Part shown: piece by piece, positions 1 through 11,800 of the stretch
How positions within the stretch are numbered: the stretch's first letter is position 1
How the letters are laid out: each line of letters begins with the position of its first letter
Source: Perkinsela sp. CCAP 1560/9
Taxonomy: Eukaryota; Protista; Euglenozoa: Kinetoplastea
DNA: 64,000 nt
Assembly (NCBI GenBank): GCA_965644495.1
Contig: CBFFSA010000011.1
Coordinates: 310,001 to 374,000, forward strand
Reading direction: 5' to 3'
Position numbers and translations under genes: made by a program
The notes under the pieces: model-generated
The model's database searches: none
The model's input: the letters and a program-made list of their open reading frames with translations, nothing else
What the model was told of the DNA's origin: nothing

Positions 1-1320
1 TTGAGCCGATTTCGGACGCTTCTGACTCAAATATGCCCTCAACAGAAATTTTCAGAGTCGACCAAAGGGACGACGCTGTCTTCCCGATCTCACATTCTGA
101 TACAGGACATGTTTGAAAAGATCGCCCTATCTCGCACGTCAAATCAAAACTCCAGATTTAATTGGGAAGGCTCGGGAGACGTTGACATCTTACCTCTAGA
201 ACTTGATCTAGTGGAAGATGACCAACAGGTTACGCACCAGTGCTCCCTGAACGACGAATCCCATGATGTGGAAGATAGTGTCAACTTTTTCGCGGCCATT
301 CCTGCAGAAACGTTTCTAAAAAGGAAGACCGAACATGATGAACGCTTACAGGTTTTGGGTCTCGACAACTTGACAGGTGATATACCCGATATCGGTGAGG
401 AGTCTCCCTTTGATCTACATAACGATGAGGAGCATCCACCCAATCCCTCATCCACTGAGCCGGAGGAAGAAACGAAACCTCATACTTCAGATGTCGAACC
501 ATCCACCCCCATTTCGCATGATGCTCTCCCGAACAACCCTATCCCCGCTGAAATAACAAAAACAACAACAACCTCTCCACCCCCACCTACGGACCCTGTC
601 CCCCCCTCCACGACGCCTCCCCCCCCTCCCCTCCTCTACGACGACCTCGAGCTCCGTCGTCGTTTCGCGCTCCTTCTCCAAGGCAGCGCGAGCCCCGAGG
701 AGGCGGCGCACAAACTCCTTCGGGGCTTCGACCCGGGAACAGAGCCCACGCTCGCACAGCTCCTGCTGGAGAGTCTGTTCCACCAGCCCACCTATTCCCC
801 GTTTTACGGGACCCTGGCCTCCCGTCTGGTCGCCACGGGGTACGCCTTTCGGGGCTGCTTCGAACGGCTGTTCGAACGGCACTACTCCGAGGCCGAGGAG
901 CTGTCCTCGAAGACCACACGACAGCTCGCGAGGCTCATGTCGCATTTGCTCGCGAGTGAGAGCCTTCCCTGGGGCGTGCTCCAGGTGGTGCGGCTGAGTG
1001 AAAAGGAGTGTACCGCGGATCAACGGGTGTTGTTAAAATACCTGCTGGAGGATCTCGCGCGTACGCTCGGGGTGGGGGTGTTGAAGGAACGGCTGCTGTA
1101 CGACAGCGCGCTGCAGCCGTTGTTGAGAGGGATGTTCCCGGTGGATGAGATCGCGGAGGTGCGGTACGCGATGCTGTTTTTTGCCTCATTGGGGTTGTCC
1201 CCGCTGAATGAGAGGCTCAGCCAGACGTATCGGATCTTGCAGCGGGAGGAGAGCCGGGGGGAGGAGGGGATGTTGCCGACTCCTCTGGATCCGAACGAAG
1301 AAATGGAGGGGAGAAAGTAG
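1..1320 (+). CDS. CWC22: Pre-mRNA splicing factor CWC22, C-terminal part with MA3 domain (5' truncated by window)
   Basis: MA3-region motifs EEAAHKLL, TYSPFYGTLASRL, LPWGVLQVVRLSE, RYAMLFFASLGL match CWC22; ORF open from base 1. Confidence 0.85.
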   Translation: MSRFRTLLTQICPQQKFSESTKGTTLSSRSHILIQDMFEKIALSRTSNQNSRFNWEGSGDVDILPLELDLVEDDQQVTHQCSLNDESHDVEDSVNFFAAIPAETFLKRKTEHDERLQVLGLDNLTGDIPDIGEESPFDLHNDEEHPPNPSSTEPEEETKPHTSDVEPSTPISHDALPNNPIPAEITKTTTTSPPPPTDPVPPSTTPPPPPLLYDDLELRRRFALLLQGSASPEEAAHKLLRGFDPGTEPTLAQLLLESLFHQPTYSPFYGTLASRLVATGYAFRGCFERLFERHYSEAEELSSKTTRQLARLMSHLLASESLPWGVLQVVRLSEKECTADQRVLLKYLLEDLARTLGVGVLKERLLYDSALQPLLRGMFPVDEIAEVRYAMLFFASLGLSPLNERLSQTYRILQREESRGEEGMLPTPLDPNEEMEGRK

Positions 1321-2142
1321 GGCCATAGGGAATAAAGGAGAGGGAATAAGTACTGTTGCTCCTACTTAAGAATCCAAAAGTCCAAAATCCATGGACTCTT
1401 AAGTAGAGGGGATAATACGAGACAAACGATTAAGAAATAAGACACCAGTTTTTTTCTTTTTTTCTTTACAAACAGGCATAAAATGTAGTTGCAAAATGAA
1501 GGAAAAAGCTAAATGTTTTAGTATTTGGCTTAAAAAAACATACACCTTAAAAATGCACTTTTCTGAGCAGATTCGATTAAGAATCTCGTGCGAGTAGACA
1601 AAGGGCAGGCATGTTTCCTTAGTACACGGCTTGGATGCTGCTCATCTAGAAGAAGATAACCACGACTATCGTTGAGTTGCAGTAGTACTACAGCACTAAG
1701 TAATGTTCGTTAAAGGACTTTGAGGGTCATGGACACACCCCACAGGCTTCGCTTTCCTCGCAGAAGCTTATCTAAGGATCGCGCCACACGATCCACATTT
1801 TTTAGCTCTTTTTCAGTGATTGTCGAACAGGGTCTAGTATCCGCTGTTTCCGTGTCTCTTTCTCAGAACGGTACGAACGTCGTGTGTTTGTTGCTACATT
1901 GAGTATTTGGAATTGAGCTACATTGAGTATTTGCAGAAACTCTTCAAGCACTTCTTGCGAACTCATAATATGTCATGTCCCCTAGATATCCTCTGTAGAT
2001 GAATATCTTTCAATTTACGAAGAAACGATAGCTTAATTTAACTTTGTCGCCACATTCGAAAACTACCATGCTCGACAGAGCCGTATAGACCCCTCTACCA
2101 TGCGCGAGATCACACGAGATCATACCCGCTGCCCCTTACAAA

Positions 2143-2792
2143 TACCCTCCAGCACGAAAAAACTAAAAACCCCTACCCCAGCCAAGGCAGCAACAACTAC
2201 TACAAAAACTACCCCCAAAAACAGCCCCCTACCCCCCCTATCCCCCACAACTCTGTCCCCTGACGACCCCTGCAGGCGTCTTCTCGCCCTCTCCCCCGCC
2301 TTAACTTCTCTTCATTCCTATCTGCTCCAGCAGCAGTCCCATGCCCCTCCCACGCTCTGGAGCGGTGGTTGTTGGTAAACGGGACTTCGCAAATTGTGCA
2401 GGCTCTCGCCATACCCCACCTCTCTGGCTTCGCAAATGGCTTCCCACTAATGACATCGCGTATGGCTGAAAATGTAACCAACGGAAGTCGAGCGTGTGAT
2501 CACCAGATTACGAACGGCATGTCTTACCAACTGGACTACCAGGGCTTCCCAAGACCTACGTTTTTAAGCACAGCGATGTACGCCCAAATCGAAGATAGGG
2601 GGCTTTGCCCAAAAATTGAACGATCTTTTTCTAACTACACTTTTTTTCGTATATCACTTTTTTTTCGGTAATTTCATTTTCTCTCCCCATCCTCCCCATG
2701 CCCTCCCCCTCCCCTTCCCGCAAAAAAACACCCTCCACCACGAAAAAACAAAAAATATCTACCCCAGCCAAAGCAACGACATCTACAACGAC
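2143..2792 (+). repeat. Two partial duplicates of the 5' end of the downstream L1-domain gene (~2143-2357 and ~2625-2792)
   Basis: ACCCTCCAGCACGAAAAAAC...CCCCAGCCAA and TTTTCTAACTA...CCCCATGCCCTCCCCCTCCCCTT recur at about 2808-3085. Confidence 0.85.
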
Positions 2793-2864
2793 AAAAAACA
2801 AAACGAATTTTCTAACTATAACACTTTTTTTTCGGTACGTTCATTTTCTCTCCCCACCCTCCCC

Positions 2865-4130
2865 ATGCCCTCCCCCTCCCCTTCTCGCAAAAAAACACCC
2901 TCCAGCACGAAAAAACAAAAAATATCTACCCCAGCCAAAGCAACAACTACCCCTACCCCAACCCCCCTATCCCCCAAACCTCTGTCCCCTAACGACCCCT
3001 GTGTTCGTCTCCCCGCCCTCCCCCCCGCCCTATCTTCCCTCCATTCCCATCTGCTCCAGCGGCAGTCCCAGTCCCCCCCCACGCTCCTCGAGTCCCGCAC
3101 GAACCTTCGACTCGTGCTTACCTTTGCCGTGCCCCCGGGGGACCGGCCCGACCCGGTGTTCGTGGCGCTCCCCCATGGGCTGTACAAGGGGGAGGGGGAA
3201 GGCATGGAGGGGGTGGAGGTGGGGGTGATAACGAAAGGGGAGGAGCAACGGGAGAGGGTGCGGGCGATGGTGGAAGGGGGGAGGAAGAGGGGGAGAGGGG
3301 AACGAAAAGAAGATGAAGAAGAAGAAGAAGAGGAGGGGGAGGATGTGACGGGCAAGGGGGAGGGGGTGGAAAAGGGGGAGAGAAAGGGAAAAGAGAGGGA
3401 AAAGGGGGGAGGAAAGGGGGAGGAGATGGGAGCTTCGAAAGGAACGTTAAAAGAGATTGAAAATCGTCCCTCCACGTTTGCGGATGTAACGCTTCCTCTG
3501 TGCTCAATGGTACGTAAAGTTATTGATACGGAAAAACTACGCATCAAGTTTGGAACGTATGAAAAACGACGTGCGTTGCTTCGGTCGTTTCCTTTGCTGT
3601 TAGTTGAGAAAAATGTGGAGTACTGGAGGCTGCCGAGGTTGTTAGGAAAGGCAATGGTGCGAGCGCAGCGGTTTCCGATACCGATTGATGAAATCAAGGA
3701 TGTTAAATCTTTAGAGGATGGGATAATGAAAGCGCTCTCGACAGCTGTTGTCGTGTTACGAGGACAGAGCGTGTTGAATGTGCGTATTGGACATGTGGGG
3801 CTGCGACCCGCACAGTTGGAAGAAAATGTGATAGCGGTAATGCGCCAAGTGTTAACGCAATGTGAGAATTCCTGGAGAGATATCGAAAGTGTAGTCGTGG
3901 AAGGAGAGGGCGATGGTCCACGTATGTTGGTGTATGCGCATAATTATGAAGAGGAGCTGGAGGGGTTGGAGGAGAGGGTGAAGAAGGCGAGCAAGGTAAC
4001 CGTGGGGGGTGGGACAAATCCGTTGGATGGGAAGTTAAAGGAAATGGAAGCGAAAGCAAAGCCGTTTTTGACGCGGCCGGTGCGGTTTAAAAGGAAGCCG
4101 GGTCAGGGGGCTCAGGTTGCGCAGGGGTAA
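2865..4130 (+). CDS. RSL1D1: Ribosomal L1 domain-containing protein (RSL1D1/Utp30/Cic1-like)
   Basis: VALPHGLY, KLRIKFGTYEKRRALLRSF, LPRLLGK, PIPI, VRIGH...LEENV. Likely ATG 2865; the track ORF starts at a TTG inside the duplicated leader. Confidence 0.8.
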   Translation: MPSPSPSRKKTPSSTKKQKISTPAKATTTPTPTPLSPKPLSPNDPCVRLPALPPALSSLHSHLLQRQSQSPPTLLESRTNLRLVLTFAVPPGDRPDPVFVALPHGLYKGEGEGMEGVEVGVITKGEEQRERVRAMVEGGRKRGRGERKEDEEEEEEEGEDVTGKGEGVEKGERKGKEREKGGGKGEEMGASKGTLKEIENRPSTFADVTLPLCSMVRKVIDTEKLRIKFGTYEKRRALLRSFPLLLVEKNVEYWRLPRLLGKAMVRAQRFPIPIDEIKDVKSLEDGIMKALSTAVVVLRGQSVLNVRIGHVGLRPAQLEENVIAVMRQVLTQCENSWRDIESVVVEGEGDGPRMLVYAHNYEEELEGLEERVKKASKVTVGGGTNPLDGKLKEMEAKAKPFLTRPVRFKRKPGQGAQVAQG

Positions 4131-4431
4131 AATGGGCGAAGTTTTTTTGTTCACACTTCACATAGCGTTTTGTTCCTATTTCGTAGCGGGGAGATCCGGG
4201 GCTTAATACGATGGTTTAAACTTCAAACTTTGAACAGAGCAGAAAAATAGCACAGTACCAAAATATTAAAATTTATGCTTGAATTCAGTAATCTAACCGG
4301 TCAGTTCAATGGACTTCATTTTGTATTGGATAAAACAGTGCTTTGCTTATTTTTATCCCAAAATGTTTCGTATTGACGTACTTAGCATTATTCTTACACC
4401 TTGTGACAAAACTTCATTCGCTTTAGTCATC

Positions 4432-5112
4432 ATGTTTGCGTCTGTAGCAGCACAAGATACGACGAGATCCAGAAAGGTGCACCAAAGTTGTTTGTCACAG
4501 GAGATACGCTTCTCCATTTTCATAGGAAACATTAGCAATCCTGATCGTACCTGGGAATCAACGCAAAGTCTAAGCTTCTGGCACGGTGTTTCGTGTAATC
4601 AGCGTGGGGAGCCGCGAAGCATTCGTTGGAATGGCCTTGAGCTGCGCGCAGAACGACTAATTTGGTCAAGCCTTCCGATTTCTATGGATACCATTGTGCT
4701 TTCATCAAACACCTTGCGGGGGGTCGTTCAGTGGGATGAAATTCCTCGTGAGCTCTCCTTACTTGACCTCTCCCGCAATGCGTTTTCTGGAACGCTGTCG
4801 ACATCAGACCTCCCACCGAAGTTGCTGTCTCTCTCACTGCACTCAAATGAGTTCACCGGTCCACTCCAGCTACGCACTTTACCCTCTAGGTTGGGTTATG
4901 GCTATTTCGGCAGCAATCAGTTTTCGGGATCTCTTGAGTTGTCTGACCTCCCTGAAAGAATGTGTGTCCTGAGTTTGTCGCGAAATATGTTTTCGGGCAT
5001 TGTTCATCTGGATAGCCTTCCACGGGGCCTCAAAATACTAAACTTAAAAGGTAACGACTTGCAGGAAATTTACCCAGAAAAATTGCCTTCATGTGTTTTG
5101 TATGGCGAATAG
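4432..5112 (+). CDS. Short leucine-rich repeat protein
   Basis: WHGVSC cap and LxxLxLxxNxFSG repeats; ATG 4432 follows TTCGCTTTAG, a possible trans-splice acceptor. Confidence 0.85.
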   Translation: MFASVAAQDTTRSRKVHQSCLSQEIRFSIFIGNISNPDRTWESTQSLSFWHGVSCNQRGEPRSIRWNGLELRAERLIWSSLPISMDTIVLSSNTLRGVVQWDEIPRELSLLDLSRNAFSGTLSTSDLPPKLLSLSLHSNEFTGPLQLRTLPSRLGYGYFGSNQFSGSLELSDLPERMCVLSLSRNMFSGIVHLDSLPRGLKILNLKGNDLQEIYPEKLPSCVLYGE

Positions 5113-7100
5113 GTCACACGCAGTATCAAACTTTTCATAGCAGTGTGACTATTTAAAAGTTAAGGGGGGTGCCTTATTGGTGTCTAGGAGTTTATAATTT
5201 TCCGATACCAGGAAGAGAAGATACATCAAAATTCACAATGGTAATCGACGATAGAGAGGTAGTTTCAAGAGAAAGATTGCGTTTGAACTTAATTTGCGTA
5301 CACCTGAACACACGTGAAGCCCCGGAAAAAGTTTGGCTAGCATCATACACTGTACATAAGCAATATTAAAGGAAGTACTGGATAACCATATAAAACGAAA
5401 GACAGAGCGTATATTATTTACTACAGCTATTCTAGGAAGGTGTTTGCTTCACATGCCATGCGGATGTCTTGCAGGATACAGCAAATGCGCAAGCTCCATT
5501 TACGCCAAGACACCCATTCGCGAGTTCCGCGTGAAATTTCATGCGCGTTTCTCAGTTTGTTTCGTTTGAGCCGAGGAGAGCCTCTCGACGACGCTGCGTA
5601 GCCGACAGGCTTCTTGCAGCCTCTCAATGACGCATCCCGCAGTGGAAGTCCAGTGCCCCCTTTACCCCCGAGGCGCTGCAGGGTCTTCTTTGATGACCAC
5701 GCGGCGTGCTCATAGGCCGAATCCCTGTGTACGACCGGCGTTGAGTGCGCTGTAATGGCCGATGATAACGGTCGTCGTACGACAGGAAAGTGCTCTGCTG
5801 TCTCGCCCGGTATGAAAATGAAACGAAAAGTTCGTGAACCTGGTGTCGTGAACTGTAGCAATCAGATCCCGCGATTTTTTCACATATTATGAGCCGCTTT
5901 TCGCACTTCCCGAATCTTAGCTTCACGAATGAGGTTTCACAGCAAAATACCACAGGTCGTCCCATATAGGATTTCTAAGACTTGCTGCGCTGCGAGCTGG
6001 CAGTGAGAGGGCTATAACGGCTCTAAGACTCAGACAGAGAAAACTGATCGGCAATTTTGTCCCCCTGTACACTGGCATACCTATTTGTCCTCACATTCAG
6101 TGCATTCTTGTGCTCGAGTTCCGTAATGTGATTTCCTTCCGCAATAGACTCGTTGTGCAACAAGTTTGTGGCATTTCCACCATTTTGGGATTCCGGTGTT
6201 CTCTGCTAATATGATCATAGAGAAACTTAGATCTGAGGCATACACAAAGTCATCACAGACTTCGGACCTTAGGCCAGTATCTGGTTTCGGCATCAAAATT
6301 AATACGCAGAATGGAAGCCAAAATCTCAAATCGAAGCAAAAAAGTGTGGGTAAAAAAAACGCTAGTGGAAGTTTTTTTTGCACCGCTTTGAATCTACATG
6401 CTAAGCAGATGCCTCGGCGTACTATATCTTCATCACGGACGTAATAACCTCTGTTATCCGACAGTTCGGCAATTTCTATTCTCATTGCATCACCATCATA
6501 TTCTGAATACGACCTTGGGAACTTTCCACTCAAGCATGGTACGCTTCTGGTTCGCGTTATTAATTTGCCTCTTACGTATTACTCATGCCCCTGCTGGGTA
6601 AATGGGTAATTGCCCACATGGTGGTAAACGCGGGTCATTGACCCATTTACCGTCACCCCCCTCACTTGTCCTCCTAGGTGACATATCCTCTGTTTACAAT
6701 CAATGAGAGGATATGTTACCTAGTACCAAGATGCGAAAGCGGGGACAAGTCAGGGGCAATGACGATACAAAGATCACTATTTAAGATTGATTAGTTTCAT
6801 TCATTTCATTACCATTTCATTTAGCATACCTGTGACCTCGTACCACACCGGTGGGGACCTCGTACCATACCCGGTATGGTATCGTGACTCGGGGTCGATA
6901 GCATACCCCCCTGGTTTTTCAGACAGAGAAGGTGTGATGTCCCACGTAGATCATAACTCTATAGAGCAGTATTCGTTTGTTTTCTTTATTATTTAGCTCG
7001 TTTTTTTACTTCTATGATTTTTACTTGTGATATTATTAACCCCTACTGGTAATCCCTTTTTCTGGTAATCACTTTTTTAACATTTTCTACAAACAACTTA

Positions 7101-8436
7101 ACCCGGGGGACGGAATAATATTAAGATGCGGTTTATTATTAAATTGCGATTTGCTGTTAAGTTAGACAAGTTATTGCGGTGGTTGTATAACTACCGCTCT
7201 ACCCTCGAATATTGAAAAAAAGTGAACAAAAACAGTGAAAATATAAAGAGGAACACAGTAATATAATAGAAGAAAAAAATATAGAAGGGGGCTCCAGTGG
7301 TCCAAAATTGAAAAAACTGGGGGGTCCAGGAGGGGGCATACGTCGCAAATTATTTTCTAGATTTTTTTGCTTTTCAAAATCGAGCGCAGGGAAGCGGTAG
7401 AGTAGGCCGCGGCGATAATTTTCCACCCCCTCCCCTGGGGGTACCCCCCCCTGGTACGCGCAGGAGGGGTCCGACAAAGTCAAAAATTCCGAAATTTTTG
7501 GGGTGACCAAAACAAATTATTTTGACCCCTAAAAAAGTAAAAGCATTATTTCTCCAAAATCGACTCCTAAAACGTATTTTAAGTGTTTCGCACCTCGGTT
7601 ACCATTCTACGACGTTTTTTTCGACTGATTCGCCTCCTGCCCCTACTGGTAAGGCATCAAAAACAGTCCAAATTCGGGTTGAAATTTCGCAATTTTCGCT
7701 GAAAAATCCAGCTTTTTCACCCAAAAAAATAGATTATTCATCTAATCCCCATCTATCTTTTGCCGATTTTTCTTTTTTAGTTTCTTCGTTAAACGCGGTG
7801 GTTGTTTTCAACTTAGAAGTCACTCATGCTGCGCGCTTCGCGTTGAAAACTACCACCGCGTTTAACGAAGAGCCTAAAAAAGAAAAATCGCGAAATTCTT
7901 AAGCTAGACAGGTTATTATTAAGCTGGACAAGTTATTATTAAGTTTGTGTTTTTCCATGGAGCAATGAGTTGTTCTGGCCCACAATTTGTAGTTTTATTG
8001 AATGTATAGGGCAGATTTTGGCCAAGATACGTTGGAAAAACATTGCCTACGTAGTGCTATGGAGCAAAACGTTTAACCGTTCGTGCGTAAGTAATTTTGC
8101 TAATGTTATGCTAGAAACGGTAAGGCGAAAGAAGCGACATTCCAGCGTGGCTTCTAGTCGGTTTCTAATCGTTCGGATCCCCAGTGATAGCCAGAGGCTC
8201 TCATCGATTGCCAGTTATACTGCAAGCTACTGCTAACAACCTCCAGCGACTGCCTACACACTCTCCAATGATAAACGTCACTTTAAAATGTCATGAAAAA
8301 CTTAATAGTAACCCGCCGACAAGTTAATATTAAGTTTCAAAACGTTGACAAATTATTATTAAATTCGACGGGTTATTATTAAGTTGTCAAGTTATTATTA
8401 AGTTTTAACAACTTAATATTATTCCGTTCCCCGGTT
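7101..8436. mobile_element. MITE, ACCCGGGG family, TA TSD
   Basis: TA|ACCCGGGGGACGGAATAATATTAAG...CTTAATATTATTCCGTTCCCCGGTT|TA; subterminal TTATTATTAAG repeats; related to 50055-50712. Confidence 0.85.
7174..7895. mobile_element. Non-coding element with short 5' hairpin and long 3' hairpin (copy 1, flip)
   Basis: Starts TTGCGGTGGTTGTATAACTACCGC; ends in 49-bp arms 7764-7812 / 7842-7890 (46/49 paired) around a 29-nt loop; splits a host AAGTTATTATTAAG repeat; second copy at 44017. Confidence 0.8.
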
Positions 8437-8666
8437 TACCTTACCTGTGAACTGATACCATACCTGTGACCTTGTACCATACCGGAAGTATGCTAAACCG
8501 ACCCCCTTTTAACTCATTCTTTAGTATAGCAGGCCGAGAGTAACTAATAGAAAAAAGATTCACACTCGAAGTCGGTACTAGGTGACTTGTCCTCCTAGGT
8601 GACATATCCGCATTTGGCCGTTTTTTACCACTTTTGCGAGGATATGTGAGGCGGGGGGTGACGGTA

Positions 8667-9416
8667 CCCGCTTTCACTCTGATTTACCAACCAACCATAC
8701 GATCCCAACATCGGGAGCAAGGGAGGCCTGGCGTGAGCTATACACACATATGCAAGCACGTAAAGCCAAGAGTCGCACCTGTTGACCAGGGGCAGCGGCC
8801 AAATGTAGTGTACGACAGCCTCGTAAATCGCTGCGAACATTTCACACGCAGGACCACACTTGTTGCTGAACTTAGACGGGTCCCAACTGAAATCAAGGCA
8901 TGCCAAGTATTTTTCCCACTCATCGGATGAAATACGGAAGATCGGCTTTTCCTGACACCAGCGCGTCACACCTCCGAGTTTCGGAGTTTCGACGCCCTCA
9001 TTTTCACGCGCTACTTGCAAGGTCAGTGTATGACCTATGGAGGACAGGAGTATTATCGAAGAGACACGAGAAGATACACCCCTGTCCAGTTTCATTTACC
9101 CCCCCCCCTACAGGTCTTGTATTTTGTTCGATTTTCGAAATATTTGGTATGCCTTGCTGAAGTGCCGCAGTGTCACTCTCTCCAATCGGGGAAATTTGGT
9201 CGTATATGCGTTTGAGAGCTTCGCAATTGTTGCGTGCCACGTGATTCACAGAACCTCCGTCCGCGATCATTAATTTTAGCTTTAAAGGGCGCTGCTCACC
9301 AAGATTCGCCTGAAGAGTAAGTTGTTCGGCAACTGTTTTTGCATCAAAAGCACGATGACTAGGAGAGCAAATTGGAGGTAAGACGTATTCTTCAGGGCCT
9401 ACATACAGTGTAAAAA
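8667..9416 (-). pseudogene. hAT-like transposase remnant, downstream part
   Basis: LMIADGGSVN (second D), SIGHTLTL (CxxH-like), PKLGGVTRW (hAT TRW motif), with frameshifts; no C-terminal E motif seen. Confidence 0.6.
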
Positions 9417-11325
9417 GATTTATAAGACGGTAATATTATTTACGAATAATTACTCCCTGCAAGATACCCGTTTGCCGCCATTGAAACGTGGCGGCCGAAA
9501 TGATTTGGGCATTGCCACGTTGTATGGCGATGCCAATGGCCATTATAGCATGGCGGAGAAAACCGTGCCTGTCCGACGTGTACCCTCCGCACTTCCGTAG
9601 AAATGCGAGAGTCTCATTTCCGAGAACACCGAATGCAGAAAAGGCTAAGGGAAAAAGTTTCATTCCACGTGTTGCTGCAAGACTGCCGTAGGTCTTGTGC
9701 TTCGTGGCCTCTGCCCGGACAAGGGTATTTCCGGGCGCTTTACTCTCCATCTCTACATAAGAAGGATCTAATGGGTTGGCTATTGTGACATCCACCATAA
9801 CAAGTTGATGTCCCATTTGGAATAATAAATCTGGGCCTTTTCCTTCGTCGTAGCGGGGCTCCATAATGTCGGGGTGAAAACCATACTGTCTCAAAATATT
9901 TGAGAAGCATGATTTTACTAGGGCGTGTCCCGATTTGAAGACTGTACTCTTCCACCAAAATGAGAATCGGAGGAGTAGACCGCGTGGAAGGTATCAGAAT
10001 AAAGCTGTTCCGCGTTTTCGCCAAAGAGTATGGATCCGATGAGGTCACCCGTAAAAGTTTTGTTGTTCTCAAGCGCTCCGCACCCACCTAGTAGCTCTTC
10101 CGCGAAAATCATTATTACAGCGTCTATCTGCCTGTTCGCCTCTAACGTTGATTCCAATTCATGACTCTGTACTATGTGATTCCATCTTACTGCTCCACAG
10201 TATCGGAAGAGAGTCAAAGCTGCCTGCTTGGGTAAATGGTGCAATCTATCGAGGAAACTTCTAAATTTGGGGGCTTGAGTTAGCACCCATTGAGCTTCTT
10301 GATCCGGGTCATTGGATACAAATGCTCTCAATATTTTCTGCCCTTCGGGGACGTGTTTCAGTTCACATTCTTGAAAGGTTTGAAGTTGCTTCTCGTCGTG
10401 CGTGCTCAGTCGACATTTAGATTGGTTAATGGTTAATCCAAGCATTTCTAGGGATGTGCGAAGGCTGTCAAAAGCATTTGGAACGGCGCCGGGAGGGCCT
10501 ACGAGAGTAATGTCGTCTAAATATGCCCACACGTGTACAGAGTTTTTGAATTCCGCGGCCAAGTCGCTGAGAATGCCTTGGATCCCCAGCGCGAAGTAAA
10601 GGGGACCCAAAGGATCTCCCTGACGTACGCCTCGGCTGCTAGAGATGGGTTCGAGTCCACGAAGAAGAAGTCTAGAAGGAAGACTGTATGCGAAGAGAAA
10701 GATCCCAATCAGAGGTTGTAATTTTGGGCATTGACGTATGGCTCTAGCAATAAAAGCCCGTTCAATCGTATTGAAGGCATTTTTAAGGTCAACTGTTAGT
10801 AGAGTATTGTTCACATTGTTTCTGAAAGCACGACGTGAACGAAAAATGATGTGATGCGTTTCATGTGGTGTACCCACACCAAATTGAATATCTTTGAATT
10901 TTTTCTCGGTGAAGCTTACAACTTGAGACCGTGCATGGGAGCTCGCTAGTTTTAAGAATAGCTCTCCCAAAGCAATCGGGCGGCATGCGGGGGTGTCACT
11001 TGGGATGTCATCTTTCCTGAAGAGACATACAGGGGTGCGGGTCTAAAGGGGGGGTCTAAAATTCGTAAAAGTTGTCCAATTTTGGAAAATAATAGCGCAT
11101 TGGATAGCTCTCACAGAGTTGTATGTTTTAGGCGCATTAAAATCCTGCGATTTTAACGTACATTTTTTTTGATACCATATTTCGCTTTTTTCCCTTGCAG
11201 AAATTACATTTTTTACTAGAAAATGCCCCAAAAGCGCGCTCGCTCGAGGACTTCCCGTGGAGTACTGAGCGATAGATCGTATTCTTCCCCCGCCCCCGTC
11301 AAAGAGAGAAATTTTTGATCAGGCT

Positions 11326-11685
11326 ATGAAAAAGCCACGGGGCTTTCTTCAATATCTAAAGCGACATCCAGCGGCCACGATTGCCATGGACAACTGCCCG
11401 GCCCACAACAAGGCGCGTGCCACGTTCCGTGATACAGGAATTTCCGTTCTTCCCTGGCCTGCAAAATCTCCAGACCTGAATCCGATCGAAAATTTGTGGT
11501 CTGTGATGGACACAGACAAAAATCTTCTTCGACCCCGAAATCGACAGCAACTGGAAGCCGCTATTGAGGGGTCTTTCCTTAAATTGAAACAGACCCACTC
11601 TGCAACGGTTCAGAAAACGTTGAAGAGTTTCAGGAAGCGTTGTGAAATTGTTATTAGTCGGAACGGGGGGCACTGTGGTTACTAA
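11326..11685 (+). pseudogene. Tc1-like transposase C-terminal fragment (DD32E)
   Basis: MDNCPAH...WPAKSPDLNPIENLW...GGHCGY; HTH and first D deleted. Confidence 0.9.
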
Positions 11686-11800
11686 TTGTCTTTTGCAATC
11701 CAAATTACAGAAATTATTGACACCACTAAAGTATTGCAATATGTGTTTTTGACCCTTACATGAACGGGGGGTACCCCCCAAACCCCGGAAGCTACCTACA

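Larger units (their letters stand above)
6650..8664. mobile_element. Non-autonomous TIR element with TA TSD
   Basis: TA|CCGTCACCCCCC...GGGGGGTGACGG|TA; removal restores the host motif CCCATTTACCCG. Confidence 0.85.

Noticed and set aside
7900-8420. Repeated TTATTATTAAG and TTTAAATATTAA (50070-50700) units as a CRISPR-like array
   Set aside because: Irregular spacing, no unique fixed-length spacers, no cas genes; they are MITE subterminal repeats.
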